Origin: Penicillus capitatus
Lineage: Eukaryota; Plantae; Chlorophyta
Assembly (NCBI GenBank): GCA_965649825.1
Contig: OZ287704.1
Coordinates: forward strand, 236,101-300,100
DNA length: 64,000 nt
Direction of reading: 5' to 3'
In this document: piece after piece, positions 61,760 to 64,000 of the stretch
Layout: each line of letters begins with the position of its first letter
Position numbering within the stretch: the first letter of the stretch is position 1
Made by a program: the position numbers and the translations under genes
The notes under the pieces: model-generated
What the model was told of the DNA's origin: nothing
What the model saw: only the letters and a program-made list of their open reading frames with translations
Databases searched by the model: none

Positions 61760-62435
61760 TCATTGCTGCGGTGGCATAGGAAACCCTAGATCGGAATAGA
61801 GTTGCCGCATACGGTCCTTCATTCCCTGGATCAGACAGAAACGCTTTTCGGCATCTTCTGGGAAGAGAGAGTCATGACCATCATGCTCTTGGAATGTGCC
61901 TCCTTCATCGCTTGGATTAAGTGTTCCTGGATATCGTCCAGTTCAAGTTCGAGGACAGATTCTGTAAGTTCCACGGATTTCGGCTCCTGATTTCCTGTAA
62001 CGACCACGCGGACCAGTTCGTCTTCATCATAGCCCTCAAATTCGACTCTAGAGGCAGAATGCTGAAAAGGGATCTTCGTGAAATCGGGCGATGGTACTGG
62101 GAGAGCTCTTCTTGTACTTTCTGTGCCTCGACAGATGCGCGAGCTTTGGCATCTTGTGCCGTTTTCAGCAGTTCCGAGAAATTAGAGAATGGATTCTACA
62201 GAACACGGCATGAGATGACATCCCTTCAGATGCCACCTCGACGTTGTCGCACTTTATCCGCATCGCCATTCGTTTCTTTAGAATTCCCTTCTCCAAAAAT
62301 GCTATGCGTTCGACGGGGCAAGCGCGTTGCACCTCTGCCGCCGAGATCTCTATCAAGAAGTACGTTTGTGCGGGTGGTTGGTCGAGTGTGAGACGGACCG
62401 TCGTTTCAGACGCGTCACACACCGAATCTGAGCAT
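61760..62435 (-). CDS. Plastid YbaB/EbfC-family (STIC2-like) protein, 4 introns
   Basis: Spliced VEFEGYDEDELVRVVVTGNQEP...AMKEAHSKSMM|GMKDRMRQLYSDLGFP matches the plant YbaB/EbfC pattern. It is not visible in the ORF track because the exons are short. Confidence 0.85.
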
Positions 62436-62545
62436 GGCGGATGTGTCCGCAGCGTCCCAGAGCGACGCGTGAGCGGACCATCGTCGAAGAAGCGCCCAAC
62501 CAAATCGAAGCCGTTTCGTCAAACGATCATCCCATTTTCGACAAA

Positions 62546-64000
62546 ATGGATGCGAAACCCGATGCCTTCGCTCCCGCCTTGCAATTCGAAGTCGGCCTTC
62601 CCTTCACAGTCACACTATGTGACATAGTATGTGTCGCCAGAGTGCCTACTATGCAAGGAAACTCTTTCCTCTGGTGGAACGACTCGGCTCGGAGTTCGAA
62701 GACGAGTGGCGCCTGCAGGTCAAGGACGTGGGTCTGTTCTTCAAACAACTGACCGGATTTCTCGAAACGGCCTTTGGCAGAAACGTATGTCCTTGCTGGC
62801 GAGACCCCGATGGAGGTGTGTTCGTTCGTTCGGTTCGTTTAGTCGACGGAGAGACGCTTTCCAAAACTCCCGGCGCACTTGCTCCGAGACACCTCCATCC
62901 ACGGAAGCGTGCTTTTCATACTAAAGACCTACCATACCTATCTCAAAGACAAAGGCATCGGTCCAATTGATTTTGAAAATACAGCTTGTCGTGAACAGGT
63001 ACACTGCATCTCCTTGAATCGCTGTCAATGGCGGCGGCGATTGTGCTTGAACAGAATCTGCAATTTCTGTCACATCTACGACGGACTTTGCTTGAGTGTG
63101 GATGGATGAAAATCCCTGTGGTCTATGTGGATCCCACGACGGGACAGAGCAGAGAGGAACTCGAAGCGATCGTGCATTCTTTGGGAGGACGCGTCAGTTC
63201 TTCGCCCAACGATCCGTCTATCACACACATGGTCTATCCCTTTGGACCGGAGGGCGACCCGGACGATGGCGTACAGTACCTCAGATCTCTCGAAACGAGG
63301 TTGGCAGAGAGATGGCGCAATAAAAGTGTGATAAGTGTGATGTAGACCGGGAGAATTCTTTGTGCATTACTGGTATTATCCGGACAGCTACGACAACTGG
63401 ATGCCAGCGGATGTGGCACCAGAGAACTTGGAACCGGATCGAAAACCGATTGGTCCCTGGAAAATCTACACACGGTTCATGCAGCCGCCCATTCACTGAA
63501 ACTTGCACCATGAACGGAGGCGTGTCTCTCGTGTGCGAAGGTGGTTGACAGACTCACAGAAGTTCAACGAGTGGATGAATCCAATCGATTACGAGACAGA
63601 AGAGTTTCAGGATGAACAGGAGGTGCTGCAGGAGCAACAAGACCAAGGAGAAGACACCAAAAGTATGGGATCTGTTGCTCCCGTGGCTCGGCTGATCTAT
63701 CGCTGTCAGCAATTGATGAGGAAGAGGAAGAAGAGGAGGAGGAGTCCAATGGTCTCAATTCGGATGAAGACGTCGATTCTGTGATGACGGATGACAAGAC
63801 GCAGCACAAACGAAAGAGAGATGCCCTCAATGAATTCCTCATATCGACCACTCCGCCGGCAGCCGAGACGAATGCCGTTGACAGTGTTCGTCGATTGAGA
63901 AGCGACAGTCATCGTCCGGAAGTGGATGAGACCGCCGCTGTCAAAGTGGCACCGAACGTGACCAAACACAAACCTCTGGACGTCTCCAAAGACGCCTTCA
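62546..64000 (+). CDS. SMARCC: SWI/SNF subunit SMARCC/SWI3 (BAF155/170-type N-terminus), 3' partial
   Basis: QLTGFLETAFG, FPKLPA, THMVYP, VHYWYYPDSYDNW and RWLTDSQKFNEWMNPIDYE align with the BAF155 N-terminal module. An alternative start lies at 62441. Confidence 0.85.

Noticed and set aside
1-64000. tRNA, rRNA, CRISPR arrays or viral insertions
   Set aside because: None seen by eye. A tRNAscan-SE/Infernal run would be needed to exclude small ncRNAs, for example in the TE island or intergenic gaps.

Overview
Eukaryotic nuclear DNA from a very compact genome, almost certainly a green alga (Chlorophyta; a siphonous ulvophyte is plausible but is only inference). Support: plastid-targeted AGPase, PGDH, SerRS and YbaB/EbfC proteins, TGTAA poly(A)-like signals, and tiny spliceosomal introns of mostly 45-60 nt. 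I modelled about 28 protein-coding genes by hand by splicing the ORF fragments. They include NOM1, MDP1, AP4M1, a KH+DnaJ protein, VPS34, a USP, PGDH, a RING-H2 ligase, two spinster-type MFS paralogues flanking a decayed Ty3/Gypsy island, a TOM2A-like tetraspanin, CDA, organellar SerRS, a secreted Cys-repeat protein, AGPase large subunit, KDM5, a MED15-like protein, SF3B4, a plastid-type coiled coil, three tandem uncharacterised paralogues, eIF3e, THOC7-like, EbfC and SMARCC/SWI3. The most unusual signals concern gene-expression architecture. (1) The KH-DnaJ stop codon overlaps the VPS34 start codon (TGATG), and eIF3e-THOC7 is a second near-zero-gap co-oriented pair, giving bicistronic or reinitiation candidates. 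(2) About 10% of the introns I could model use GC donors, often weak ones, and GT/GC switches occur at identical intron positions among paralogues. (3) Start codons are split by introns (AT|G). (4) Divergent gene pairs have about 50-120 bp between start codons. (5) A 9-mer AGAGTGAGA motif is concentrated in introns. All gene models are hand predictions without RNA evidence.
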